A stretch of 64,000 nt of DNA from the human T2T-CHM13v2.0 reference genome, Homo sapiens, in NCBI RefSeq assembly GCF_009914755.1, contig NC_060933.1, one strand, 5' to 3'. Numbering within the stretch: the first letter of the stretch is position 1; each line of letters opens with the position of its first letter. The notes under the pieces were generated by a model. The model saw nothing but the letters and a program-made list of their open reading frames with translations. It was not told the DNA's origin and did no database searches. This document shows positions 12,923 to 25,615 of this stretch, in pieces. The translations under genes were made by a program, and so were the position numbers.

Positions 12923-13808
12923 TTTTTTGTTATGATAAAATATACATAACATAAAATTTACCACTGTAACAATTTTTAAGTGCACACTTCTGTGGCATTA
13001 ACTACATTCACATACATTTTTTTTCTGAAACTATCAACATCATCTATCTCCAGAAAATTTTCATCTTCTTAAACTGAAACTATATACCTGTTAAAACACT
13101 AACTCCCCATTCTCTCTCCTCCCAAACCCTGGACACCACCATTCTACTTTCCATCTCCATGAATTTGACTATTGTATGTACCTCACATAAATGGAATAAT
13201 ACAATATTTGTCCTTTTGTGACTGGCTTATTTCACTTAGCATGTCTTTATGGTTCATCCATGTAGTAGTAAGTGTCAGAATTTTCTGCCTTCTTAAGTAT
13301 GAACAATATTCCATCGTATATGCCACACTTTGTTTATCCATTCATCTGTCAGTGGGCCCTTGAGTTGCTTCCACATTTTGGCTCTTGTGACTAATACTGC
13401 TGGGAACATCGGTGTACACACATCCGTTAGAGTCCTTGCTTTCAATTCTTTTGTATATATGCCCAGAAATAGAATTGTTGTATCATATTATAATTCTGTG
13501 TTTACTATTTTGAGGAACACCCATATCACTTTCCGCAGTAGCTACACCATTTTACATTCCCACTAGCAATGCACAAAGCTTCCAATTTCTTCACACCCTC
13601 TTCAACACTTGTTATCTTCTATTTGTTTCATAACAGCCATCCTAATGGGTGTGAAATGATATCTCATTTTGGTTTTGATTTTGATTTCCCTAATGATTAG
13701 TGACATTGAGTAGATTCTCATATGCTTTTTTGGCCATCTATGTATGTTCTTTGGAGAGACATCTATTTTGCCCATTTTTAATTGGGCTGTGTGTTGATTA
13801 TTGAGTTT
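12923..13808 (-). mobile_element. L1MB 3' portion
   Basis: aaaatatacataacataaaatttacca...ctgtggcattaactacattcaca 3' end; degenerate TSD ttccacaattt/tcccataaattt. Confidence 0.85.
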
Positions 13809-15782
13809 GTCCCATAAATTTTAATATATCGATTGTAATTTAACTTTAACTCTGTTTCACGTAATTTTTTATTTATCTTGAGATTTCTTCTTTGACCCAT
13901 GGATTGTTTAGAAATATATTGTTTAGTTTCCAACTGTTTGGAGATTTTCCTGTTATCTTTCTATTGTAGATTTCAAGTTTGCATCCATGTGGAAGGTGAA
14001 CACACTGTATACTTTTAATACTTTTAAATTTGGTGACATGTATGTGTGTGTGTGTATATGGCTAGGATATAACCTATAGTGTTGTAAGTTCCATGGATAC
14101 TTTAAAATAAATGTGTTTAGATTTTATTGAATATAATGTCCAGTGTCTTATAAATGATCATTACACATTGTTGATTGGTGGTGGTATTCAGTTATTTTAT
14201 ATCCTTCCCAATTTTCTGTCCATGTGTTTTAATAATTGTTAATAGAAAGGTGTTGAAATCTTCAAAATAATTCTGGATTTGTCTATTTCTCCTTTCAGTT
14301 CTGTGAGTTTCTTGACATATTTTGCATCTCTGTTTTTTGATGCCTTTAGGATTGCTAAGTCTTCTAGATGGATTAATCTTTATCATTATATAATATCCGT
14401 TTCTGTCTCTGGTAATTTTCTTTGTTCTGAAGCATATTAACACAGCCATTCCTGCTTTCCTTTAATTAATGTTTGCATGATATATCTTTTTCTATCCTTC
14501 CACTTTTAACTTGCCTGTATCATTATATTTAAAGTGAGTTTCTTGTAGACAGCATATAATTGAAAAGTTATTTAATTCACTGCCAATCTCTTGCCTTTAA
14601 TTGGTGTGTTTAGACCACCTACATTTTATGTAACTATTGATATGTTGTACCTTAAGTTTGCCATTTTTTTCTGTTTAAGTTTCTCTTCTGCCTTGCCTTT
14701 CTGTGGGATAGTTGAATATTTCTTACAATTCATTTTGATTTATTTGTAATTTTTAAAATGTATCTCTTTGCATAGCTATTTTGGTTATTGTTCTAGGTAT
14801 TATATTACATATACATAACTTATCACAGTCTACCAGTGTTATCATTTTATTGGTTCAAGTGAAGTATAAAAACCCTACCACCTTTTACATCCCTCTACCC
14901 TCCCTGGTTATAATATAATTGTCTTCAGTATTTCCTCCACATACATTTAAAACCATACCAGGCAGTATTATAATGTTTGCTTCCACTGTCAAATATAATT
15001 TAGAACATGTAAAGGAGAAAGGAAGTCTATGTGTTTACCCACATTTTTGTTCATTTTGTTTATTTTTGTTCTCTTCCCTTCCTGATGTTCTAAGTTTCTT
15101 TCTTTTATCCCATCTCTTCTGTCCAAAGAATTTCCTTTAGCCAGTCGTTAGTGTATATCTGTTGGTGACAAATTCTCTTAGCTGGCCTTCGTCTGAGAAT
15201 GTCTTGATTCCTCTTCATTTCTGAAGAATGTTTTCATTGAATTTGGTATTGTGGGTGAAAATTCTTTTCTTTCAGCACTTGGCATCTCTTCTGTTTTACT
15301 GCTTTCAATATTTTCTTTAGTTTTCAGTTGTTTGACTATGATAATTCAATGTGCATTTCATTGGGTTTATTCTGTTCAAGGTTTGCTCAGCTTCTTGAAT
15401 CAGTAGGTTTAAATCTTTTGCTGAATTTCAGAAGTTTTTAGCCATTATTCCTTTGAGTCTTTTTCAGGCTGCCCTCTTTCTTTTCTCCTTCCTAGACTCA
15501 AATGTCAGGTCTTTTGTTACAGTTCCACAGGTTCCTAAGGCCCTGTTCATTTTTTTTTTCAGTCTATTTTCTCTCTATTGTTCACACTGGGAAATTTCTA
15601 TTGTTATATCACCCAGATCACTTATTCTTATTCTTTTCTCTTTCCCTTTCATATTGTATTATCATTGAGCCCATTCTCTGAGTTTTTATACTTCAGTAAA
15701 TCTATTTTTTCTGTTTTAAAAATTTTATTGGGTCTTCTTTATGTCTTTTATTTTTTAATGTTTGAATACTTTCGCAAGTTAT

Positions 15783-15945
15783 TTTTTTAACTACCTAATA
15801 ATTGTATATATTTATGGGGTGCAATGTGATGTTTTGGTATATGCATACATCATACAAAGATTAAATCAAGTTAATTAACATATTCATTACATCATCTTTT
15901 TTGTAGTGAGAATGTATAAATCTACTCTTTTAGCAATTTTGAGAT
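15783..15945 (-). mobile_element. L1MA 3' terminal fragment
   Basis: taataattgtatatatttatggggtgcaatgtgatgttttggtatatg...atctactcttttagcaattttg. Confidence 0.75.
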
Positions 15946-17313
15946 ACATCTTTTACTTCTTTGCTGAAATTTTCTATTTATTTCTTGATACTTTCTATGA
16001 TTTTGTTTTAAGCATGTCCATAATTGGTTTCATTTGCCTTGTTATTATTTTTAATATTTTGAGATTTAGGAGGTTTTAATCTTTCTAGTGATAGCTCCAG
16101 CTGAATCTCAGTGTTGGACATTTTTCTTGGTCCACCTTTACTTGCCTTAAAGCTCTGTGGTAGGCAGGGGTAAGGCAGATCCCAGTGGAGGTATGGTGCC
16201 AGAAACTATTGATTTATATCATTTCCTCACAGTTACATTGAAGTCTCAGCTTTCTTTCTAAGTAATGCTTAGGGTATAACTGTGTGATGTGAGGCTATTT
16301 CATGTATTTTGTGAAAGAATTCTTAGAAGATTATTTACTGTCAGTTCATGGTCTACAGCTACCTGACAGACAAGCTTATTTATTAAGCAAAAAAATAATA
16401 TGGTTGTGACTTTCTCAAGCACTTACATTCTTACTTCTATATTCCTGAATGACCCAATCTCACTTAGGAAATTATTGTGTCATTCAAACTTTGAAATAAA
16501 CTTTGCAAGTAATTTTGGGGATTGCCTTCCCAGATTCTGTAATTTTCTAATGAATGGGAATATTGGCTGGGACATGGCTGGGTTCTCATCTGTGACAATG
16601 GTGAGAGATACTGAATCTAAGTTAAAATGAGTAATAGGAATTCTATAACTTTTAGAAGCAGGTGGTCACAGAGTCCTTGTCTCTAATTTGAATCATATAA
16701 TTACCTAATTTTCAAGTCATCAAGGTCATTTGATTAAATCATTGTCTGTTAATGTTCTTTTCTATTCTGAATTCTTAACATAATCTTCTAATTTAATGCT
16801 AATACATTTCCTTAATAGTAACAATAACTACCTTGGAAATACAAAGGAATAAAATGTTTTATATACAATTAAAACAACTAAGCAAGAAATGTATGGAAAC
16901 TCTATTATAGGCAATGCCAAAACTCTAATCAAATTTATAAAGTATTTCACAGAGTCCCTGTGTGTGAAGAATGAATTTCACAAAGATGACAATTCTTCCT
17001 TAATAATTTTTGGTTTCGTCATATTCTCAATATCCAAAATTGTATATAGATACACTTGCAAATAGCTAAGATAATTCTGGGAAGAAAAGCAGATTGAATA
17101 GGTAAGTCAACATTTTTGACAGACTAATAAGTGATATTTGTACTACCAAATACTTTATCACAATTATAAATATGTAATCCTAAAAAATGGGCTGCCAGCA
17201 GAAGAATCAAATGTCAGAGAAGTGGAAGAAAATTGAATTGAGAAAGGATATGTAAAATAAGTTAAAAATAAAAATAAAATACTGAAAATATTTGTCAAGA
17301 TTATTAATAACAA

Positions 17314-17696
17314 TGTGTCAATCATGTAAGGCTGACATACATAATACCACAGACTGGGTGGCTTAAACAACAGAAATTTATTTTCGCACAGTTCTGGAGG
17401 CTGGGAAGTCCAAGATCAAGGTGCTGGCTGACTCAGTTCCTGGTGAGGGCTCTCTTCCTGGCCTGTAGTTGGCTGTCTTCTTTCTGAGTCCTTACATGGT
17501 AGATAGACAGAGAGAGCTCTGGTGTCTTTTATTTTTGTTTTAAGGGCACCAACCCTATCAAATTAGAACCCTGCCATTATAACCTCATTTAACCTTAATT
17601 ACCTCCTTATACACCCTATCTCCAAATACAGCCACATTAGGGGCTAGGGCTTTAACATATAAACTGTCATGGAGAGGACATAATTCAGTTATAGCA
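17314..17696 (-). mobile_element. MLT1A/MLT1A0 solo LTR
   Basis: taccacagactgggtggcttaaacaacagaaatttatt..cacagttctggaggctgggaagtccaagatcaaggtg. Confidence 0.9.
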
Positions 17697-17890
17697 ACCA
17701 GGTAGTGTGAAGAATTAGCAGTAAGAGTCAAAAGCACATTAAATTGAAAAAAAATAATAAGTTGATTTTAATATAAATTAAAATTATCTCAATTCCAGTG
17801 AATCAACAGATAAATCTGAGATAAAAATGTGTCTCTGCCTCTTTGTTTTTTTTTTTTTGCATTAGAGCACAGAAGTTCCCACTATCTTCA

Positions 17891-18347
17891 GGATTATTAC
17901 CTTAAAACTATTGTGGTATCTCTTTGCACATATGTCTCTGCATATAACTGAAAAATTCATCAAATACAATAACCTATCTTCTTCTGCCACCTGCCATATT
18001 ATTTGTTCCTTTCGAATTTGTTCCTTGAATGGATGGAGACAGAGAGGCATTGAGGGATAGAGGAGGATGGCAGGTAGCCCTGGCTCTAGCTGTGAAGAAA
18101 GCATACCCACAGAAGAATGCTGAGTTGTCTAGGTTGTTTTTCTCCAAAGTTTCCAGGCTAAGTTATGAGTAATAAAACTCTATTTTAAACTGATATCCCA
18201 TTCTCCTCAATCTTCCTCTTCCTCTCACAAGGATTCAATACACAGGTCATAATGTGTTTCTCAATCCAGCTTTATCTGCTTCTGGTGGTTCATGGAAACT
18301 CCTCTGGGCCCCTTCCCCAATGGTGGACACACATCCCTAGCTCTCAG
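17891..18347 (+). repeat. Local direct duplication, copy 1
   Basis: Aligns to 19832-20267 with ~14 substitutions plus small indels (manual count); not a recognisable TE. Confidence 0.95.
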
Positions 18348-19831
18348 AATAATTTTTACGTGTTATCTTTAACTGCCTTCATGAGTATTTTACTGGAAAA
18401 GGTACTGATAACTTTAAAGTATAAACTGCAATTTAATTTCTATTTAAAATTCTTATTAAAGCTCTTAAATAAAAGAAAAATTCTCACATGACTTGACCTT
18501 GCTTATTCATTATTTCTCTCTTAAGTCAGACCAACAGCAGCCTCTTAATTTGCATTGCTGTATTGTTCCTTTTTGATCTCTATCATCATGTCAGTCATTA
18601 TGCAATGGTTCCCAGGCTATTAAGTTCACAGAATAGAACAAAAGAATGACCTCATAGCCATTTCTTATTTTTCTCACACTCGTCTTCTCATTCAATAGCC
18701 TTTCAGAACTATCTGCCCTTGACACACCTTAATACCAAGGTAAATTTTAATGAGCAATTAATCATTTTTGCTCAGCTCCCCATCTGCCCTGCACATTAAT
18801 TTTCTGTCGAGAATTTGTTTATAATATCTTCACTTAAAACCTCATCTCTCTTCTCTCTTTTATTATTTTTGGGCTTGGTCAAAATCTAAATTTATACAAT
18901 AGCCAAATGGTTGAGATAAGCAGTTCTCAAAAAACAAAACACACACAAACAAAACAACTTTCATCCCACTGGTTTGCTCACCTGAGATCGTGATAACAAT
19001 AAACTTTTCCTCTAAGTGTTTTTTTTTAAAACTTTTAAACTAAAGTCAACAAACCAGACTGGTTGAGTGGCATTGCAATATAGTAGGAAAGAAAAATGCA
19101 TAACAATTAGATAGATATGAAATGGAATCTTGCTTTTCTCACTTCACTTAAACCTCTATTATCTTCAAACTTGAGTTTCCTCTTGTCACATGGAATCACT
19201 GTGAGAATAAACTTTATTATGTGTGCCAAGTACCTAACATAAGGTTGGCTTCTTGCCCTTCTCCTTAATGCATAGTAGGTTTGTATAGGAGACTTTGGGA
19301 AGGTAACTTACTGTGCCTGTCCTGTCTGTGTCTATAGTAGAAACTAAATATAATGTCTAATCTAATTGTTTTAAATATGATGAGGTTGGGTACAGGATTG
19401 GCTGGAACTCAACCCCCAAGAATAGATGGGGAGAATGATGAAATAAGAACTAGTAAGAAGCTGGAGGTATGGAACACTCATGAAGGCATAGTGGTTAAGT
19501 TATTTAAAGTTCACTCGAAGTATCCAATGCAGATGCAGAGGGGTTAGTATTAGGGCCAGTGTTGATATCTGTATATCTGGATTATCAAGTGGGTTGATAA
19601 TAGATAACCTTCATTTTACACTTTCTATGTGCCACAGTTCTAAGTACAGTAGCCATTTAGGTAGCAATCATTAATTAAATCACAGCAGGCCACAGCTACA
19701 TGCTTCCTGCTGATAAGTCCCTTCAAAGCTGGAAGTTAATTAATGAGTTGACCCAACAGAGGCATTTCAGTATCCTAGGGAGAGTTCTAGCAAGAATACA
19801 GCAGTGTATGATGTGTGTTTGGTCACAGATT

Positions 19832-20267
19832 GGATTAAAACTATTCTGGTCTCTCTTTGCACATATATCTCTGCATATAACTGAAAAATTCATCAAACAC
19901 AATAAACTATTAGTCTTCTTCTGCCACCTGCCATATTATTTGTTCCTTGAATGGATGGAGACAGAGAGGCATTGAGGGATAGAGGAGGATGGCAGGTAGC
20001 CCTGGCTCTAGCTGTGAAGAAAGCGTACCCACAGAAGAATGCTGAAGTGTCCAGGTTGTTTTTCTCCAAAGTTTCCAAGCTAAGTTATGAGTAATAAAAC
20101 TCTATTTTAAACTGATTTCCCATTCTCCTCAATCTTCCTCTTCCTCTCACAAGGATTCAATATATAGGTCATAATTGTGTTTCTCAATCCAGCTTTATCT
20201 GCTTCTGGTGGTTCATGGAAACTCCTCTGGGCCCCTTCCCAATGGTGGACACACATTCCTAGCTCAG
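19832..20267 (+). repeat. Local direct duplication, copy 2
   Basis: Aligns to 17891-18347 at ~97% identity. Confidence 0.95.
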
Positions 20268-20606
20268 TTCTTTTCCCCAGTTAGAGAAGTGTCATGGCAC
20301 AGTCTTCATCAATTAATAAATTGTTGTCATAAATTCATTGTCTTGGCACTGCTCAATACTGAGAACTGTATAGGAATAAGTTAACCAATGGAATCAGGCT
20401 CTTCCAAAGAGTGGATGGGGAAAATAGAGGCCCACAGACATGGGCAATTTAAAAAATTATTAATGCAGGTCAGAAATATGCAGATGTCATATTATTTTAC
20501 ATTAACTCTGTAAAATTAAGTCTATCACATGTTGACTACGTACTGCGCTATCAAGTGTAGCATATTCCTGATACTTGTGGGGCAAACAATCTAATCATAT
20601 TAGTGA

Positions 20607-20898
<292 letters not shown>

Positions 20899-20984
20899 AT
20901 CATCTTTTAAATCACCAGGATCCTATCACAGTGCCTCCAACAGCAGACCACTCATGACCTGCCTCAAAATTGTTTGGGAATGCT

Positions 20985-21117
20985 TTGTTAACCTATGAGT
21001 TCTGAAGCCCTTCTTCAGAGTAACTGAATACAAATCTCTTGGGATGGGCCTGGAAATGTGAATTTTTAGAAAGCGCTTCAGATGATTCATTTGCACATGC
21101 TAGTTTGAAAACCACTG
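20985..21117. mobile_element. MER5-family (hAT-Charlie) DNA transposon fragment
   Basis: ggatgggcctggaaatgtgaatttttag..gatgattc..gtttgaaaaccactg. Confidence 0.6.
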
Positions 21118-22320
21118 TTTGATTACCTCTGTGAATCAAACTGTTTTAATTTTCACTGCTCCTTTCCAGACCTTGCCCCAAGTATATACCATTTTTACAG
21201 TATTTTAACCATAGTAGAGATATACATTTATACTCTGCTTAAATGATTCATAAGAATGTTCTTGTTGCTACAGTCTTTTTTATAGTCATTTTTAATGGCT
21301 ACATATTATTTTATTGTGATACAGACCATGTTATGTTACTCAATTAATCACTTACAATTCTTTTGCCCCAGATATTATTATTTGTCTGCTTTTGGATTAT
21401 TTAAGTATGATAGGGTCCCAGAAAATAGGCTTATTGGATCAAAGATTTGGCCCAAATTTTTTAAAAACTGAAATCAAATATAGGCACAATAGCAATTTTC
21501 ACTTTACATTCACAAAATGAAGCATAAAATCTAAAGCACTTTAGCTTGACAGACATTTGGCCAGAAGTAGAGGGGATGGGAACAGGGGAAAAACCATGGG
21601 ACATACATAACTTGAAAACTATATCAAAACAGAAGTTTTTTGCAGATGTCTGTGTGTAGAGAGAATAGAACTGCTTTGTAGATGCTTTCTAGACATACAT
21701 AAAGTGTAAATAAAATCTCAGTGATGGCACAACTTCCTAGAAGTCATTTATAATAATATCCCTTACTTCACCAAGAGATTGTTTCCCATATTTTTATGTG
21801 GGACATATAAACCAAGGACTAGAAACAATCTAGTTCCTGTAAGATTCTAATCACATCCTTGCCTCTAGTATTGACTCTACCAATTCACTCTCCTCTCTGT
21901 AGCCAGGATCATCTTTTTCAGTCATATGATCATCTTTGATCCTCATTCCACTGTCCCTTAGATAAAATACTGTGCACACATTTTAATATGCTTCCTCATG
22001 TGCGGGCCACTTTGCTTCAACCCTACAATGTGCATTTGAGCTTGCTATGTAGAAGGTTTTCTGTTAGATCCTTCCTCCTACCTACTTGCTCCGTAGCTTT
22101 ATTGAACTGCTTAACTTTACCCTTCCAATTTACCCTTGATAACTATGGAACAGCAATTTCTTTTCAACAATTGTATTACCAATTGTTCCCTCATGTCATC
22201 GTGCTTTTAAACCAATTATATTGGTGTTGAGACGTTTTCAAAGATTTATAGGTAAATTGTTTTATTTTCCCCATGTGCTTTGCTCCTTTATGTTTTTTGA
22301 GATTAGAAAGACATTCCTCA

Positions 22321-22678
<358 letters not shown>

Positions 22679-22949
22679 TTAATTGTCAGGTTTTTTTTTA
22701 CTCAATTCTGTAATCTGTCTGAAACTTTTTTGATGACATGATATGAGAAAATGATTTAAATTGTGTTTCCAAAAATTTTAATAAAATCTTCCAACACATT
22801 TTTTGTATAATCTATTTTTTCTTCATATTTTGCAATGCCATTTCTACTATGTTCTCCCACTTGCTTATGACAAAATTCAGGTTTCATTCTCAATTGTTTC
22901 TTTCCCTTTAGCATCTTGCCACAGACTCTCACCCAATTCTTAACCAAGC

Positions 22950-23215
22950 CCTTTTGTGTCTATCTCACTTCATCTCTGCCAACAACAGTTGAACCAAGTC
23001 ACTATCATTTCCCATATGACCACTGTCGGGGGCCTCATAGGTGGTTTCCTGTCAACTTGTCTTCTCTAATGAATTTGCCACAGATCTGCCAAGGTGATAG
23101 TTTAAAAATGTAAGTCAAATTATGTTACATTTCCTTGCCACTTAAAACTCTTAAATGGCTTCAAATAAATCCTGGAATCAAAAACCAGATTCAGTCCCAG
23201 GGTATATAAAAGTCT
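22950..23215 (+). mobile_element. L2 fragment
   Basis: tttaaaaatgtaagtcaaattatgttac...cttaaaactcttaaatggctt. Confidence 0.55.
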
Positions 23216-23222
23216 ATTAAAG

Positions 23223-23692
23223 TGTGAAAGGAAAATAAATCTTAGGGCACCAAATCACTAAGCTAAAGGGAAAAGTCAAGCTGGGAACTGCTTAGGGCAA
23301 CCCTGCCTCCCATTCTATTCAAAGTCACCCCTCTGCTCACTGAGATAAACATATATCTGATTGCCTCATTTGGAGAGGCTAATCAGAAACTCAAAAGAAT
23401 GCAACCACTTGTCTCTTATCTACCTATGACCTAGAAGGCCCTCCTTGCTTTGAGTTGTCCTGCCTTCACCTTGAGTTGTTTCACCTTTCTGCACTGAACC
23501 AATGTACATTTTATGCATGTTGATTGATGTCTTGTGTCTCCCTAAAATGTATAAAACCAAGTTGTGCTCCTACCACCTTGGGCACATGTCATCAGGACCT
23601 CCTTAGGCTGTGTCATGGGTGTGTGTCCTCAATATTGGCAAAATAAACTTTCTAAATTAACTGAGACCTGTCTCAGATTTTTGTGGTCCACA
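23223..23692 (+). mobile_element. 5' LTR MER4A1
   Basis: TGTGAAAGGAAAATAAATCTT..CACA; TATAAAA and AATAAA inside. Confidence 0.9.
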
Positions 23693-25588
23693 TGTTGGTA
23701 ACCACAGAAAGATTCTGAGTGGAGATGCCCCTGACTATTGACAAATCTCCTTTTGGTGCTTGGTACCAGCATGAGCTTACTTTATGGCTAAAACCAATAG
23801 GATAATTTGCTGAGGTCTTGGAGCACCCCCTCCAGAGAATTCCTGACCTCCCAAAAGTTGGTGGAGATCTAAAGTTTATTTTGCTGTACAACTCCCTGCT
23901 CCTCCACCCTTTTTTTCCAGGGTTTTGCTTGCTTCCAACAAGGAAGGCAAGATTTCCCATTTCTATGGCAATGGAAGGCAGGAACTCCCTTTATGGAGTT
24001 TGAGCTTGCTCCCAGCAGGAAGATGAGTTTGAAGGTTTCTTTTTTCCTGCTTCTGGGATGGTAGAAAGCAGTCTTCAGGCTGAGATCCATCCCTGCATAA
24101 GTAGCTGAATTGGGGTTTTGTCTTGGCTAAAGTTTAACAACCAGCTGGTCTTAATTTCTCCTTACCATTAGAACACTCAGTGATCACATTATTGGGTTTT
24201 TTGTTGTTGTTTGTTCTGGTCTTTCTCCCATCAGATTTCACCAACTCTACCTGGCTTGGTCAAATCTTAGTGAGAATTACAAATTATGGGAACAAAGCCT
24301 CTGTAATTTGGCTAAAATTCCTCGCAACTGCAAAAGAGGAAAAAAAAAAAACCACATGCTTCATTTCTGGTTTGCTTCCTGCCTTAAAAAAAAAGTTCTT
24401 TAATTTACTTTTCTCCCACCCTATACCTCCTTCCCCCTTTGCCATATGTGGTACCAAAAAATCTAGAGAAGGCTTCTAATGACTTGAACCCCTTAAAAGA
24501 ATTCAGAACAAAGGGTGACTCACCCATTTTGGGGTGTTCTGTTTTCTTTGTAAAGTTTCAAGAGTCATGGGACGATTCTTCTTAGGTCTAAAGCTCTGTT
24601 TTCCAGTATTGCATGACCTGACCTCTTCGGCTTTGGCGTACCAGAGATTACCTTGTACGGTGAGAGGATTTGACCTGGCATGTGTAATGGCAGATGAGAG
24701 CTATGGAGTTAGGGGTGGCAGAGCATAGTTTACAGGAAATGGTCTTGGCTGTTGTCTTTTTCTCTCCTAGGAAGTGGTTGTTTAAGGATCCTAATTCTAG
24801 TTCAGAGATGCATTCTAACGGGTCTTCTCTATTGATTTTTCTCCCAAAATTAATCTTGATTCAGCTTGCCTGTGAACATTTGCATGAGGAACTGAACTAT
24901 TGTTTTCATAGGTAAATGAGAGAATGAGGTTTCTCAGCTCTGAAGAGAAAGGGCATTTGCTCCTCCCAGCTGAAAGTCACTCCTGGGTAACCAGGGGCCT
25001 TGTGGGAGTGTTGGGGACACAGGGAGCCACAGGGAAATCCCCACAAAAATTAATTTTAAAAAAAGTCTCATCCAGGAAACACATATAAGGGTGAATCACC
25101 CAATATTTTGAGCCCTCTCAGGGGTCGTAGACCTCTGGAGAGAGAAACTGAGACATGTAAGAAGGTGGAAATGATTCAGTGGTGACACACTGTGGAGTCC
25201 TACCCACAAGCAGCAAACATCGATCCAGCACACAAAAACCCTAGGCCACAGCTCAGTTCCTCCGAGAAAAAAAGTGGGAAACAAATAATCCAAGAATGAG
25301 GAGAAAACAAGGAGAATAACCCACTTTCAAGCACTCTGTAGGTTTTATGGTACCTCTACTTGCCAGAGTTTATGAAAAATGGCTATATTAAGGAAAAAGA
25401 GTCCTATGGTCAACGTGCAAAGTACAGAATTTCTAAGTTCCTTTCTTCTCTAGTTTTCTTTTCTGCCTTCTTTGAATCTGTTATTTTTATATTAAGATAA
25501 AAATCACTGGATTCAACAGGTTCTTTTGTAAGCTGGTGAATTTGTATTTATCTCATGACTAAAGTACTGAAGTAAAAGCTCTAGGATC

Positions 25589-25615
25589 TGTGTGTGTGTG
25601 TGTGTGTGTGTGTGT
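25589..25615. repeat. (TG)n microsatellite
   Basis: ~13 TG units inside the proviral internal region. Confidence 0.95.

Noticed and set aside
17843-18347. Duplication copy 1 as a retrotransposed copy
   Set aside because: The T-run is ~30 bp outside the homology and no TSD brackets it
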